Position numbers and translations under genes: made by a program. From assembly GCA_973895155.1 (NCBI GenBank), contig OZ316894.1:5294944-5358943 (forward strand): a stretch of 64,000 bases of DNA, written 5' to 3'. This DNA comes from Marsupella aquatica (Eukaryota; Plantae; Marchantiophyta). This document shows positions 46,901 through 59,361 of this stretch, one piece after another; position 1 is the first letter of the stretch; each line of letters starts with the position of its first letter. Under the pieces are notes generated by a model that worked only from the letters and a program-made list of their open reading frames with translations, searched no databases and had not been told where the DNA came from.

Positions 46901-48058
46901 TTGGTTTGCAGATTGCTGAAATCCTTGTATGGGTTGAAGCAGTCACCAAGATAGTGGAACAAGCGGTTTGACGATTGGATTCGGTCACAAGGTTTTCACA
47001 GGAGTGTGTTTGACCCTTGTGTATAATTGAAACCGATGAAGAATGCTGTCTTTGGGTTCATTGTTTTAGTACTTTATGTGGATGACATGCTTATTGCGGT
47101 CAAGGATAAGTCTGAGATTGTTAAGCTTAAGGTACTACTAAGTACAGAGTTTAAGATGAAGGACCTAGGGCCAGCTAAGAGGATTTTGGGTATGGAGATC
47201 ACTAGGGACTTGGAGGCTGGTAAGCTATGGTTGACACAAAGCAGTTATGCGAGGAAGGTAATTGCTAGGTTCAACATGGGGAATAGTAAGCCAGTAAGGA
47301 CCCCTTTGGCTGCACACTTCAAATTGTCATCAGCTTTTTGTCCCACAGATGCGACAGAGAAGGGGCTGATGTCAAAGGTTCCTTATGATAAGGCAGTGGG
47401 AAGTCTCATGTATTTGATGACTTGCACTAGACTTGATCTTGCCATGGCTATGAGCAAGGTGAGCAGGTACATGTCGAATCCAGGGAAGATACACTGGGAA
47501 GCAGTGAAGTGGATTATCAGGTACTTGAAGGGTACCGTGGATCATGGTCTTTTATTTGATGCAAATGCAAAGAATGCGAGATCATTGATTGGCTATGTAG
47601 ATTCTGACTATGGACAAGATCTGGACCAAAGGAGATCAACAACAGGGTACGTGTTCACACTTGGCGGTGGATGCATAAGTTGGAGGTCTACTTTGCAGAA
47701 GTGTATTGCTCAGTCTACTACAGAAGCGGAGTATGTTGCAGCAGCGGAAGCAGCGAAGGAAGCAATTTGGTTGGATAGACTTATCACTGAAATGAGATTG
47801 CCACAGGGGAATGTGAAGCTCCATTGTGATAGTCAAAGTGCGCTCCACCTTGCTGTGAACCAGGTGATGGACAGTAGAGTGAAGCACATAGACATCAGGT
47901 ACCATTTTATCAGGCAGACTGTGTCTGATAATTTGTTTGAGCTAGTCAAGATAGACGGTAAACTCAACCCAGCTGACGCATTTACCAAAGTGATTCCTTT
48001 GGAAAGTTTCTCTAGACATCGTGATGTGCTGCAAATTTTGCAATTGCGTCACAAGTAA
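43943..48058 (+). pseudogene. copia Gag-Pol, single frame with six in-frame stops
   Basis: Gag, CCHC knuckle CWKCHKVGHVKRDC, PR WILDCACSFH, IN (RLGHMSEKG, HSDVWG, SDNGGEY), RT (YKARLVAKG, LYVDDM), RH (STTEAEY, KHIDIRYHF). Stops at 44102, 44807, 46124, 46598, 46952 and 47024. Confidence 0.95.
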
Positions 48059-48250
48059 GGGTTTTTCTTAACATTCGCTGTAATTACTGATATATGCTCT
48101 TCTTCACTCCTAGTAATAGACTACGGCTTAGTTCTGGTTTGCTCTAGTTAGAGAGGGGAAACCATGTTGGTTTTCGTCCAAAACTTCCCGCTGAGGAATC
48201 ATATAGGTTAGCAGTATTACCCTCCCCTAGACCAGAGTCAAGGGGGAGAT

Positions 48251-48593
48251 TGTTAGGTATTTACTCAAGGTCTAGAGTTACGACATGTAACCATAGTTAG
48301 ACTAACCATAGTCGGAGACGTGGTTAGGTTAACTAGGATGCACACTATATGGCAAGCGGTGTTTGCTTGGATAAGTGAAACTTAGGCTCATTGTTATGGA
48401 GCCACTTGAGAGATGAGGAGAGCTTACACTGTGGAGACTTGGTATGACCGACGGACTTAGAGTTCAGTAAAGCTCTCTTGTGTGTTCCCGTGGACGTAGT
48501 CTCGAGGAGGTGAACCACATATCTCTTGTGTCGACTACTTGCGCGTTGGATGTGTCATGTGCTTATCATTACGAGTGTCGTCTATGCTCAACA
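48251..48593 (+). repeat. copia 3' LTR, preceded by PPT aagggggaga (48240-48249)
   Basis: Direct repeat of 25447-25789. Confidence 0.96.
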
Positions 48594-49804
48594 GGTCTTT
48601 TCCAGTTTGAGCTCTAGCTCTGTCTGAGAAGTCCCAATCAGCAGGCAATCTATCACATCTCTCATCCTCCACAGTCATGTTATGTAAAATGACACAAGCC
48701 AGAAGGATGTCCTTGATTTCATGTTGATAGTGCATTCGAACTGGGTTCTTCACAATTGCAAATCGCTGGTGCAAAACACCAAAAGCCCTCTCAACATCCT
48801 TCCGGGCCCCCTCTTGGCACTTAGCAAACCATTTTCTGGCAATTCCTTGTGACAATTGAATAGTTTTAATGAAGATGGACCAGTCTAGATAAATGCCATC
48901 AGTGAGCAAATAATACCTACCATAGTGGTGACCATTCATAGTAAAACCAACCTCATTAGCTTCACTTCTCAGGAAATTGTTGACCAAAGGGAAACGATCC
49001 AGCACATTCAAGTCGTTATTTTCACCAGGCAATCCAAAGTAGGCATGCCAAATCCACAGGGATTGATTTGCTTTGGCCTCCAAAACAATGGATTCCTCTC
49101 CGTCCTTGTTGGCGAAGAGCCCTTGCCAAGCCACAGGACAATTCTTCCACTCGTAGTGCATACAATCCAGAGATGCAAACATACTAGGGAAACCACGCTA
49201 TTCATTGATTTGTAATTGATTGATGATGTCCTCCTTGGTGGGCTGTCTGAGGTACTCCTCATAATGCTCTCTAACAGCAGAACAAAATCGCTTCAAGCAT
49301 TTCATGGCAGTGCTCTCTCCAATCCGCACATATTCATCAAGGGCATCAGCAGAGACACCATGAATGCATCCTTAAAGTAGCAGTCAATTTTTGGATTGAA
49401 GATAATCCAAGAATTCCCGCAGCATTTCGATTCTGGATGAAATACGGATCGACCTTGCACACAGCATCATGAATTCGCCAAAAGAGAGGTCTTCTCATTC
49501 TATACCTTCTTTTGAAATGTCTGTCAGTGTAGACTGGAGACAGCGAAATAGTCCTTCCAAATTCGCTCATGGCCTTGTACTCTGTCCCGATCAATGTTCC
49601 TTCCCTTTCCTGGCCTTGATCCACCAGTCCTCGCTTCCTTGGGCCCTGTTCGTAGTTGTTAAAAACTGATCCTGCCACCACAATAGTCTCCCACCATGTT
49701 TGCTCCTCATCATCCCATTCTTGATAAGCTTGCTCGATCTGCCTCTTCAAGTTTTCTCTCCATTGTATGAGTCGGTCAGATGCTGTGCTTCCAAGTCTGT
49801 TCAA
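48594..49804 (-). pseudogene. PIF/Harbinger DDE transposase (ALP1-like/Plant_tran type), disrupted
   Basis: FKRRYRMRRPLF, GLSSIQKLTATLR, SLDCMHYEWKNCP, LWIWHAYFG, NNDLNVL, YYLLTDGIY, RKDVERAFGVL, ACVILHNM. Frameshifts present; start position approximate. Confidence 0.92.
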
Positions 49805-50249
49805 TTCGCTTCCAATTCATTCAAATCAATATTTTGCAATGCATTGACCTCAATTGTTTGATTGCGCCTTGAAAATGTAGCGCCCATTTGCTTGACAATC
49901 CATGGTGTTCGATTTGAATTGCAGAGCTTCAAATGCTCCTGGACACCTTCGTGCGTCTGACAAGATTGTAGCCAGCAGATGGTGGGACTGTAGTTGTCTG
50001 GACTGGTGACCACAGTCGCTCCGTTTGCCGTGGTAGAATAGCAGGACCGGTGGGGTACCTTATTGGCAGGTACACACCAATTGGGCCCCACACGCCACTA
50101 ATGTAGCCAAAAAGCCCTTATACGGTGTCCTGGACTCCAGGTCCGGTGGGGATGCTCTAACCAGAAAAGGAGGAACAAAAATTAGGTTTTGTGGGCAATA
50201 TGACACAAATTGGGCTAGTGAGAGACTACGTGTGCTAGCGAAATGGTGT

Positions 50250-53200
50250 CTATTTGAGTTTTTCCCTCGTATGAAAAAAACATTTGCCATTGCGACTAAA
50301 AGGTTTGCCATTGCCTCTAAAAATTCCTCGCATGGTACTTATGCGCCGGCTGTCCTCATCAGGCGGTTGATGAGGCGGTTGCCTTTGATAACATGCCGTC
50401 TTGAAAATATCAGAGGACACATACGTCCAGCCCAAACTTTCCATTTTGGAGTCGTTGAGTAAGCGACATTTATATACGAAAACTCGCATGACATTCGTTT
50501 GCGTTGTCTGGGACGACTGCTCTACTTGCAACCTGAGCTCGTCACCTTGCTCCCCTTGTGGCAATGCTACTTGAACCGAGGACGACCTTCCCAAGCTTTC
50601 TGGCAGCGTCTTCAGTCTACTGCAATACCCAAGTGTGACTTGTTTCAGAGACGAGAGTTGCCCCAAACTGTCCGGAAGGCTCTCCAACCTATCACACTGG
50701 ACGATGGTGAGCCTTTCTAGAGAAGAGAGAGCTCCAAGCTCATCCGGCAATGTCTCCAAACTCCGCAACCACTGCAGATTCAGGGCCCTTAATGACGAAA
50801 GGCTACCCAAACCTGCCGGGAGGATCCGTGTATCCCGCCCTGTGAGAGTTGTTAGCTCATGCTCAAAGCACCGAAAGTGTTCAAAAAGGTCGGGTGCCTC
50901 CTCATGCCCATCACAATCAAATTCAACCTCTTGCAATGATGGAATTTGTCCGATGCAATCGAGTAGGCTTCTCGCGTTCTTTCCCACCGCAAGAGTCACT
51001 TTCTTCAGAGACTGAAACTGCTGTACGCTCTCCGGCAGGCTTTCCAATCTTCTTGACCGGATAGATAATTCTTGCAGGGAAGAGAGGGTTCCAAAATCGT
51101 CGGGCAGCCTCTCCAATTTAGAGCAGTCCAATATCAAGCTTTGAAGAGACTTCAGTCGGGAAAAGCTGTCTGGTAGGGTCTGCAGCAAAGGAGCATTAGA
51201 AATCTTCAAGTACTGCAGCTCAAGGAGCTGGCCGAAATCTTCTGGCAACCTCTTCAATCTCCTAGCTCTTCCGAGACTCAAGTCTCTCAAATTCTGGAGC
51301 CCCCCCAAGCTCTCTGGCAGGCAGTCAAAGGTTGATGAATCAATTGACAACACTTCCAGTGCGGAGAGCTGTCCTAAAGTGTCCGGGAACTCCTCCAACT
51401 TGGGGCATTGTAATTTGAAAGTTTTCAATGAAGAAAGCTCCTCCATACTTTCAGGAAGAAGCATAGCAACCGAAGACTTGAAAGTCAAATCACGCAGTGC
51501 ATACAAGTTACCCACACTCAGAGGGAGAGTCTCCACCCTATCGACATCAAGCTCCAATTCCTCCAGTAGAGCAAGCTCTCCTAGGCTTTCGGGCAACATC
51601 TCCAATTTTCGACAAACTATCGTTAACTGGCGGAGAGACTTCAGACAGCAGAAACTTTCAGGTAAAGTCTCTAGGTGCGCAGATGAAATGTACAATTCCT
51701 TCAGCGCCGTCCATTCAGCGAAATCGTCGGGCAAGCTCCTTAGTTGTCCAGCCGTGCTAATGTGAAGTGATTCTAGTCCCGACAGAAGGCTGAAGCTCGG
51801 AGGGAGCCTTTCCAGAGCCACGCCATTCAAATACAGTACTCGTAGCGAGGCTAAGTTGCCAAAAGCATCCCCCAACTCTTCGAAGCCACGGCACGACTGT
51901 ATGCTTAATTTCTTCAGTCCCGAAAGGCGGGAGAAAGACTGCGGTAGACACTTGATCAACGGGCAGCTCGTGATGTGCACTTCTTCCAATGACGTGAGTG
52001 AACTGCCAAAGGAGTCAGGGAGACCTGCAAGCTCTTCACAGTTTGTAATTGTTAACGTTGCAAGGCAGGATAGATTCCCTAAGGATTCAGGTAACGCCAA
52101 AGATTCTATGTTTTCAAGTTCAAGATGTTCGAGGGCTCGGAGGTTGCCAAATGATTTCGGCAAAGTGAGAGACCTTAGACTCCTCAACTCCAACCGTCTC
52201 AACCGAGGTAGATGCCCAAAATTCTCAGGCAGATGGGCCAAACCTTCTAGTTTAGATAGACACAAAATGCGCAGATTGGTCAGGTTCCCCAATGCTTCCG
52301 GAAACTCCATTGGAATCCAAAAATTCCACAGTTCCAGCACAGCCAAATTCTCCATTTTTTTGAGGCTCGGCTCGAACTTTGACGATTTCAATCTGTCACC
52401 TCCATCAAACCGTAGGAGCGATATTTCCCTCGTGAGATCATTTCCCGAACCTTCTGTGGAGACACGACAAAGATCTATGTATTTCAATCCCTCCAGTTTG
52501 GCCAGCGAATCCAACTGAAGGGTCCGTTGGCTCTTGTAGGGTTCAAAACGATACCAGAGCCTCAAAGATTTTGTCCTTACCTCCACCTGCACATTTAACG
52601 GTAATCATTAAATGATTATTTCCAAGCTACAAGAAGTGGTCGACTAAGAAGGCAAATATAAGGAAAGTCGATATGGTTGAATTTTCTCCTTCTAGCCTAC
52701 CTTGCATGATTTTAATAGGTACATCAGTTTACTGTACTGGAAAGAACAGTTACCTCGTTGTCATTCAACCGATCCACTGCTGAGTCTGATGATACATCAT
52801 CAGTAGCCAAAACCATGATGTCATTGGAAATATTCTGAGCCAAGTCTCGAAGCTGCTCATGGACCCATACTCGGTTCTTGATTTCTTTGACCAATGACCT
52901 GCTCACCAAGTTGTCCCACGTTGTTTGCATAGTTTGCGTGAGACTGCTCCATGCGGCAAGGGCCCGGTCCAATCGCCGTTCGAAGAAACATGACGCAGCC
53001 TCTGTGAACATCTCCTGTTCCTCTGGTAACAGGGCATCATAACTTATCCTCAAGGAAGCCCACACTCTGTCCCTCTTCTCCCCAGTTATGGCTTGTGCTT
53101 TTCTCAACCTCTGTAGAGCTTCTATCCACACTTCAACATTTCTTCCTCTGAGGTAAGTGCCGATAACTTCCAACGTCAACGGCAACCCACCACACTTTTT

Positions 53201-56155
53201 AACCACTGCATTGACTTTGTCAATCAGAAAGTCTGGAACGTGATTCAATTCAAATGCATGATGGCAGAATAGAGTCTTTGCATCATCGTGTTTCAAAAAC
53301 TCTACCTCATGGACAATGCAACCTTTATAATATTTGAAAACTTCTTTGTCACGGCTTGTCATGATAACACAACTGCCCGCTCCAAAGTGCTCCAATTTTG
53401 GTAGAGCTTTGAGCTGATCCTGCGCATCTATGTCATCCATGGCAATTAAAGCTTTCTTGCTGCGCAAATGCTGCCACTCCATTGAACCCTTGCCTGGTTT
53501 CTTCCCATTGTGATGAAAGTGACTGAGAACCCGATCCTGCAATTCGTGTGATGGGATGCCTTTTACATTATCCACAAAGCACGTGTATTCAAAGTCTTTG
53601 GAAAGAATGTTAAATGCTTGCCTTGCAAGAGTGGTCTTGCCAATCCCACCCATGCCGAAAATTCCAAGAGCAGCTCCACCAACAAGCTTCTCCTTCACAT
53701 CCAAGGCGCGTCTCTCCAAATCAAGAGGAAAGTTTGGAAGCCCAGGAACTTCATGAATAGGCACTCCCACCTGAAGAGATCAAATAGTTTGGATCAGAAC
53801 ACTCGGAATTATAGATAGCAACTACAGTGTTCATATGACAACAATCATTCATGGTTGAACCCAGCGATATTCTTAGCTCTAAAAACTTTCCGAAGCTAGA
53901 GGAGCATATGGTGAACTAGGAGGGTATTTGGGTTTTGGAGGATGTGAACATTTAACAAAACTTTGTTGCGACTAGGCAGCTAGATTGAGGCCATTTAACT
54001 TCAGAAATATGTGGAAAGCAAGAGACTTTTGGTCTATGGCCCTTGCGGACTCTTTCACACCTCAAAGGTGGACCTCTGATATGATCGATTTAACAAACTA
54101 TCCAGTCAATATCTATGGTCTTGCCCATGAAACTAGATGTTGACCAAGTGATATTATAACGACTGGAAGTAAATAATCTCACTACCACTGAACTTACCAC
54201 TTAAGGTACATATAGCATTCATAACAATCTGTGTAATTCTTCGTGGTGTACTTCAGAAAAGTTTGTATCATTTTAGGAGACTGACTCTGTCTATCCACTC
54301 TTCTTGTTTTTCCTCGAAGCAAAGTTTTGCAATGCAACACTTCATGTTGGCATTGCACATCCAGGTTGGTTATGTGCTTTGGGAGAGAACGAAAATCTTG
54401 AGTTTCTTCTTCATCCTAAATTTCCTATAACATATGTCACCAACAATTCCTATGATTATTTGTTGTCATCTTTGAAGGAAATACTCTTTGACACGCTTGC
54501 AACTCAACGTTAAAATGAAGCCAAACGTAGGAACAATTCAGTGCCAGCCATCGGCTGCATAATCCTACCTTCATATCGTCAACAATGTGTATGAGGAAGT
54601 CCTTCAGTTTGTGGAAGCTCCTGGACGACTTGGCCCTTGGTCGACAAATGGAAAAGTGGTCTGCTCCGTCTACAACATTAAAATTGTCCTTCCTCACAGA
54701 TGCCTCAGGGCCCACCATGACTTCCCCACCAAACCAGCCCTGCCCATCAATGGCCAAAGGTTGAACTTCATTAGATTACAACTGTGTGCCTGTGTCCATC
54801 TTAGGCTTTGAGAACAGACTTTTCCACACCTCAGAATCGGCAATCCAAAGGAACAGGTGCTTGTAGATTACTCAAATCTTACTCCAGCATTGAGAAAATG
54901 CCGCTGGAAACCATATGCTAGAAGGTTGAATGCTCTGACAGCATCAATTGTTACTTTATGCAGAATTCTACCAATTGCTACTCATACACAACAGTAGGCA
55001 ATGCGAGATTCTGATTAAATGATTGGGTAGCAATCGCAGTTGTACCAAATTTGTAGGGCGGCCTTCTCCAAGTCCTGCAAACTGCCATTTCTCATACACT
55101 TTACGTATGGTATCAAATCGACTATTCAGCCGTTCCGTGTCTCTACTCAATGTTTTGAAGAATTTTAACAAAGCACCTCCCATTTTATCTGCCAGACGGT
55201 CTGCAGCAGGGCTTCCGTGATGAGGGGTAGCATAATAGAATACCCCGCTCATGTTGTTCACCAACTTCTCCAACTTCTTCGTCTCGAAATCTCGGCGCAC
55301 TTGGAGTCTCTCATGCGCTTGGCAACACAATTCTTTGATAACCAATCCTCCAATGGAGTGGCCCACCAATACAATTGGACAATTCGACTCTTGCCCAATG
55401 TTGGCCATCAGAAGATCTGAGATCAGATTTTCCCCTAAATTGAACATATCAATGTTATCGTTCGAGTTCTCTCTTAGGATTGCACTGTAAGACACTGAAA
55501 ATATCTGAGCTTCAGGAATGTCCTCAACCAACCACTCCTGCGGCCAGATGCAGGAGTCATCCTCACATTTCCATGTAGACAGATGCGGGTCTCTGCTGTT
55601 TGGCCACAACTGGAGTCCATGGAAAAACACAACCTGTATGCTCGTTCTGCCTGCAGGCTTGTACAACTGGTACACGGAGTCATTCACCTGAGAAAACCAA
55701 TCACAATGAGAAAAAAGGGACTGCGAATGTCACCAGTCGTGCTCTGCAAGGATGACAGAGGCTCGACTCGGCTTAAAAGCAACGTGTTTAACAGCTTTAA
55801 TGGGATTGCTAAGGTATGACTATAGTGATGCTCAAGAGCTTTCCAAATTGACTCAACTACAAAAACAAACCTAAAGCGATTTGGACAAATAGACTCAACG
55901 AAAAAGCAACAAACCTCGAAGCCCGATTTCAGGGGATCTGGACTGCGTATTACCTTAAAAATTTGAGAAGACCCTTGCAGTCGGGATGAGGAGGCACCCA
56001 ACATTGGGTGACAAGGAATTAAGAGCTTTGGGGACAATCAATGGGCCGTAGTTACAAGGAACCCACAAATCAAGTTTAGGGAAGGCTACTAATATCGTAT
56101 AAGGAATCACCGTCTTGATCTTCAGAGTCTTTCTCATATCATTTAGGAGACTCAT
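50250..56155 (-). CDS. alpha/beta-hydrolase-NB-ARC-LRR (HNL) immune receptor, copy 2, apparently intact (~1400 aa)
   Basis: Predicted phase-0 GT-AG exons: 56155-56111, optional 55953-55915, 55687-55046, 54739-54569, 53770-52754, 52586-50250. All lengths are multiples of 3 with no internal stops. Motifs GHSIGG, DHFSIC, GMGGIGKTT, LIAMDD, GGLPL, VHE and about 25 LRRs. Confidence 0.92.
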
Positions 56156-56407
56156 GCACTCACTTAAAAGTAGAGCAAGTGGTGTACTCAGTTCAGGGCT
56201 CGGTACTCAATTGGAAGACGACTATTTGAGGAGTTCAGGACCTGTCCGGTAGAAGTTTGTGACCCAAGACTAGAAATAATTTGACATTTTTTAGTCATTG
56301 TGAACTGGAGCAAAGTATGAATTACATATGCCGAAGTCTGATTTCAGGAAAACGATTCTCAGAAGAATGCCGCGCGTATAAATCCGCAATGGTGACGTGG
56401 AGGCAAC

Positions 56408-58415
56408 GGTCGGAATTGTGCGTTGTTAATACGACCACCGACTTCGACTCTCCTCGATCCATATACATCAGGTGATCAGGAGCTCCAGAGGTCTAGAGTG
56501 GGACCGACTTGAATACAAACTGAACAGTTTGCTTTGCGTAGAACAAGGGGATGTTGATGTGAATGGTGACAATTTAGTCTAAGATAAGACTACGCATTGG
56601 TCACGCTGTTAAGAGAAAACTAGGCCGATCCTCCGCCTCTTCTTTCCCCTGGACTGCTGTGACTTCTGCAATTGCACATTCGAGACAATATCCGGACAAA
56701 TTGTTAGTGATCTCTGTCTCACAGCATGTGTGGTATGAAGACGACATAATTGTTCGCACTTGCGGGTGGACGACAGGGAATGCACGATGCAGTCGAGGTG
56801 GCAGAGAGACATTACTCAACAACAAAAGCGGCGAACGACAATGGAATTTGAGGTGGGAAATGGACGAAGACATCTGTTTTTGAACACTGTTTGCCTCTGT
56901 CCAACGAGCCTTGCTGAGCTCCAGAGATTCGGAGGCGATGGTGAAGGTTGGAGATCAGGGAACGATTTATTGAGAAGGTTGATCAGTTCATTAGAGATCA
57001 AATATCTTTTGAAGAAGTCACTGTTCGGTAAGTTTCCTTCGGTACTCGAGGATCAGCCGGGCTCTCAACGTACAGGTGAATAGCGTGATTAACTGAAATC
57101 TTCTGTAGATGAGCTTGCAAACTATAGCTTTCACGAATTGGGTCTCTAGCAGTCCAGGACATCGCTATTGAACATGCCCAAACGAAGTGGGGAACAACAT
57201 CACGCGAAAATGAAACCAAAACGCACAATTTTTGTGGCTAACCAAGATCTAGAAGTATCGTGCAAGACCTGATGAGCGCGTTTTCTGGTTCCTCAAGATC
57301 ACGTAAAAATATCGACCGTCCCACAGCACAGCGAAGTTGACCTTGTCGAGGCCGTTCACATCCCTTCAATATCATCAGTCGTCCGCACTGTAGAACAATT
57401 GGAAATCATAAGAAATCACGAAAAGATACAAGAAACTGACGATAATCTGATGCCACGGTCACCTGGTGCACCGGTTCTAATCCAAGAGCCTAGCGAAAGC
57501 CGGCAAAACAAATGTGGACGGCTTTGTGACGTTTGTACGAGAACAATTCCTTGGGATTGTGTGACTTTTGGTGCTTGGACCGATTGACCTGGCTTTAAGG
57601 TTTACCCTTCCAATGCTCATCCTACCAAGTCAGCACTTGAAGGAATTGTAAAACTATGAATTATCCTAGGGGCCCACCTTCCAGCGAAGCTATGCCGGCC
57701 CTACTGAGGAGTCCACCGAGGGACCATAGCGACTGTAAACCTGACGGTTTGAGTTTGTACCCTTTTGCACTAGGTCGCCTGTTTCACTTGGAACTAAAGG
57801 AAGGTTACCCCTGCAGCGATCGGTTTTAGTGGACGAGAGATTATTGTACATGATTGTATGAGTTGAACTTTGTTAAACTGATGGCTAATTTACGAGACCA
57901 GACTAACTTGGAAAGTTGTCCAGTCCGGGAATTTTGCTCTTGCAACTCGGAGCTTGTTGATATCACAAGTTTATCTTGCACTTTCAGGTTATGAGTGCCC
58001 TTGACAGCCTTTGCCCAAAATACAAACCCAACACACCGGGAGGGCTTAATGGATCAATTAAATCAGTTGCATAAGAGGTCCAGTACTCACTTGAAGAAGA
58101 GTTCATTATCAAACTATCGTGAGAATACAGCGGGTGAGTGTAGATAGCATAGAACGTGGACAATCCGGACAATTTATCAGCACTGATGTATCAATCCGAT
58201 AGTTCTTTGAACAATAGTCATGGGTATGCAGGAGAGCAAACATTACCTTCAGAATTAAACAGCAAAAAACTACATTTTCCAACCTTGAGTTTCTTCATTA
58301 CTTTGACCTCAAGGTTTTCTGGCAATATGACACAAATTGGGCTCGTGAGAGACTACATGTGCTAGTGAAGTGTGTATTTGGGTTTTTCCCTAGTATGACA
58401 AAAACGTTTGCCAAT
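56408..58415. repeat. Truncated third duplication unit: block A (56408-57965), block C (57969-58313) and HNL 3'-flank remnant (~58320-58413)
   Basis: Matches 1-1540, then 5920-6261, then gagagactac..gtgctag..gtatgacaaaaacgtttgcca as at ~6930-6999 and ~50195-50290. Confidence 0.88.
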
Positions 58416-59142
58416 GCTTATTGGTAAGTGGTGCATAAACTCAACTCTATGCACTTATTGTTTACTAGTCCATACCAAGGATAAGTGCAGGCCCAAGGCA
58501 TCTCCCCAATTTATGTGTATTCTCCCAAGGCATGGTCTGTCTACAAAATGACATTGAGGCAGGAATGAGCTCGGTCTGGCCATTGTAAGAAGGGTGCCTT
58601 TTTGTAGATCCCTCCATTAGATTTCCAAAGGGCAGCCAAGAAAGATCTAGATTTATTGTGCATTTTCAAGGGTTTCCAAGATTGGCAGGAAGGAAGGGTG
58701 GGGAAAGGGTGAGGGGAGGGTCTCATTGTTTCAACACTCTCAACAACTTACACACTTGACAACACTGCTTTGCTCCATCTCAAAATTTTCCATGCAACAC
58801 ACAGGCAGAGAACTAGTGACAACAAAGTATATATTATTTGTGCAAACCAGGATGGCACTAAATTAAATAAATAGGCTACCTCCCTAATTCACGAGATGTA
58901 CTTGATGGACCCCTACAATAAGAAGTGTTATTAATGAACCCCATGCGTGATCTAGACCCTTGTTGGTCCTTAAATCAATGGACCCAGAAATCACCTAAAT
59001 TGTAAAACTAATGCGAAACATCAAGCAACATTCCACTCATTCTTCTCCTCTCTGGCCATTTTGCTCCACAATGTCAGGAAAAGGGCACTATTTATGCTGA
59101 CACCTGGTGGATCCAGGTTTTGTCATGGTTGGAAATGGTTGA

Positions 59143-59361
59143 AAGGAATTTGGGAGAGAAATATACCCAATGGACACCTAAATTGAAAAATGTTGCTCTA
59201 TATATGTACCGCATGAGTTTTTGGGGAAGCCGAATGACCATAAATGTATTCTAATGGACACCTAAATTGAAAAAATATACTTTGATTTAGGTGTTCATTG
59301 AGTATATGTTTTTCAATTTACAGTAGGTGTCCATCGAGAATATTTCTCTCCCCAATTCCTT
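59143..59361. mobile_element. MITE/foldback element with ~38-bp imperfect TIRs
   Basis: aaggaatttgggagagaaatatacccaatggacaccta pairs with taggtgtccatcgagaatatttctctccccaattcctt. Internal subrepeats aatggacacctaaattgaaaaa. No TSD seen. Confidence 0.72.

Larger units (their letters stand above)
25447..48593 (+). mobile_element. Ty1/copia LTR retrotransposon (Tnt1/Tork-like), inactive, carrying two nested insertions
   Basis: 343-bp TG..CA LTRs at 25447-25789 and 48251-48593, TSD GGTCT (25442-25446, 48594-48598), tRNA-iMet PBS, PPT, and gag-PR-IN-RT-RH domain order. Confidence 0.96.
22134..50157. mobile_element. PIF/Harbinger DNA transposon (about 4.9 kb without nested insertions)
   Basis: Perfect 17-bp TIR gagcatccccaccggac (22134-22150) / gtccggtggggatgctc (50141-50157). 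TAA on both sides (22131-22133, 50158-50160). Convergent Myb/SANT-like and DDE transposase genes. Confidence 0.95.

Noticed and set aside
48535-48593. C-terminus of the 215-aa transposase ORF (LSIDDTRNDKHMTHPTRK)
   Set aside because: This is read-through into the antisense copia LTR. The real C-terminus is at 25446-25287.
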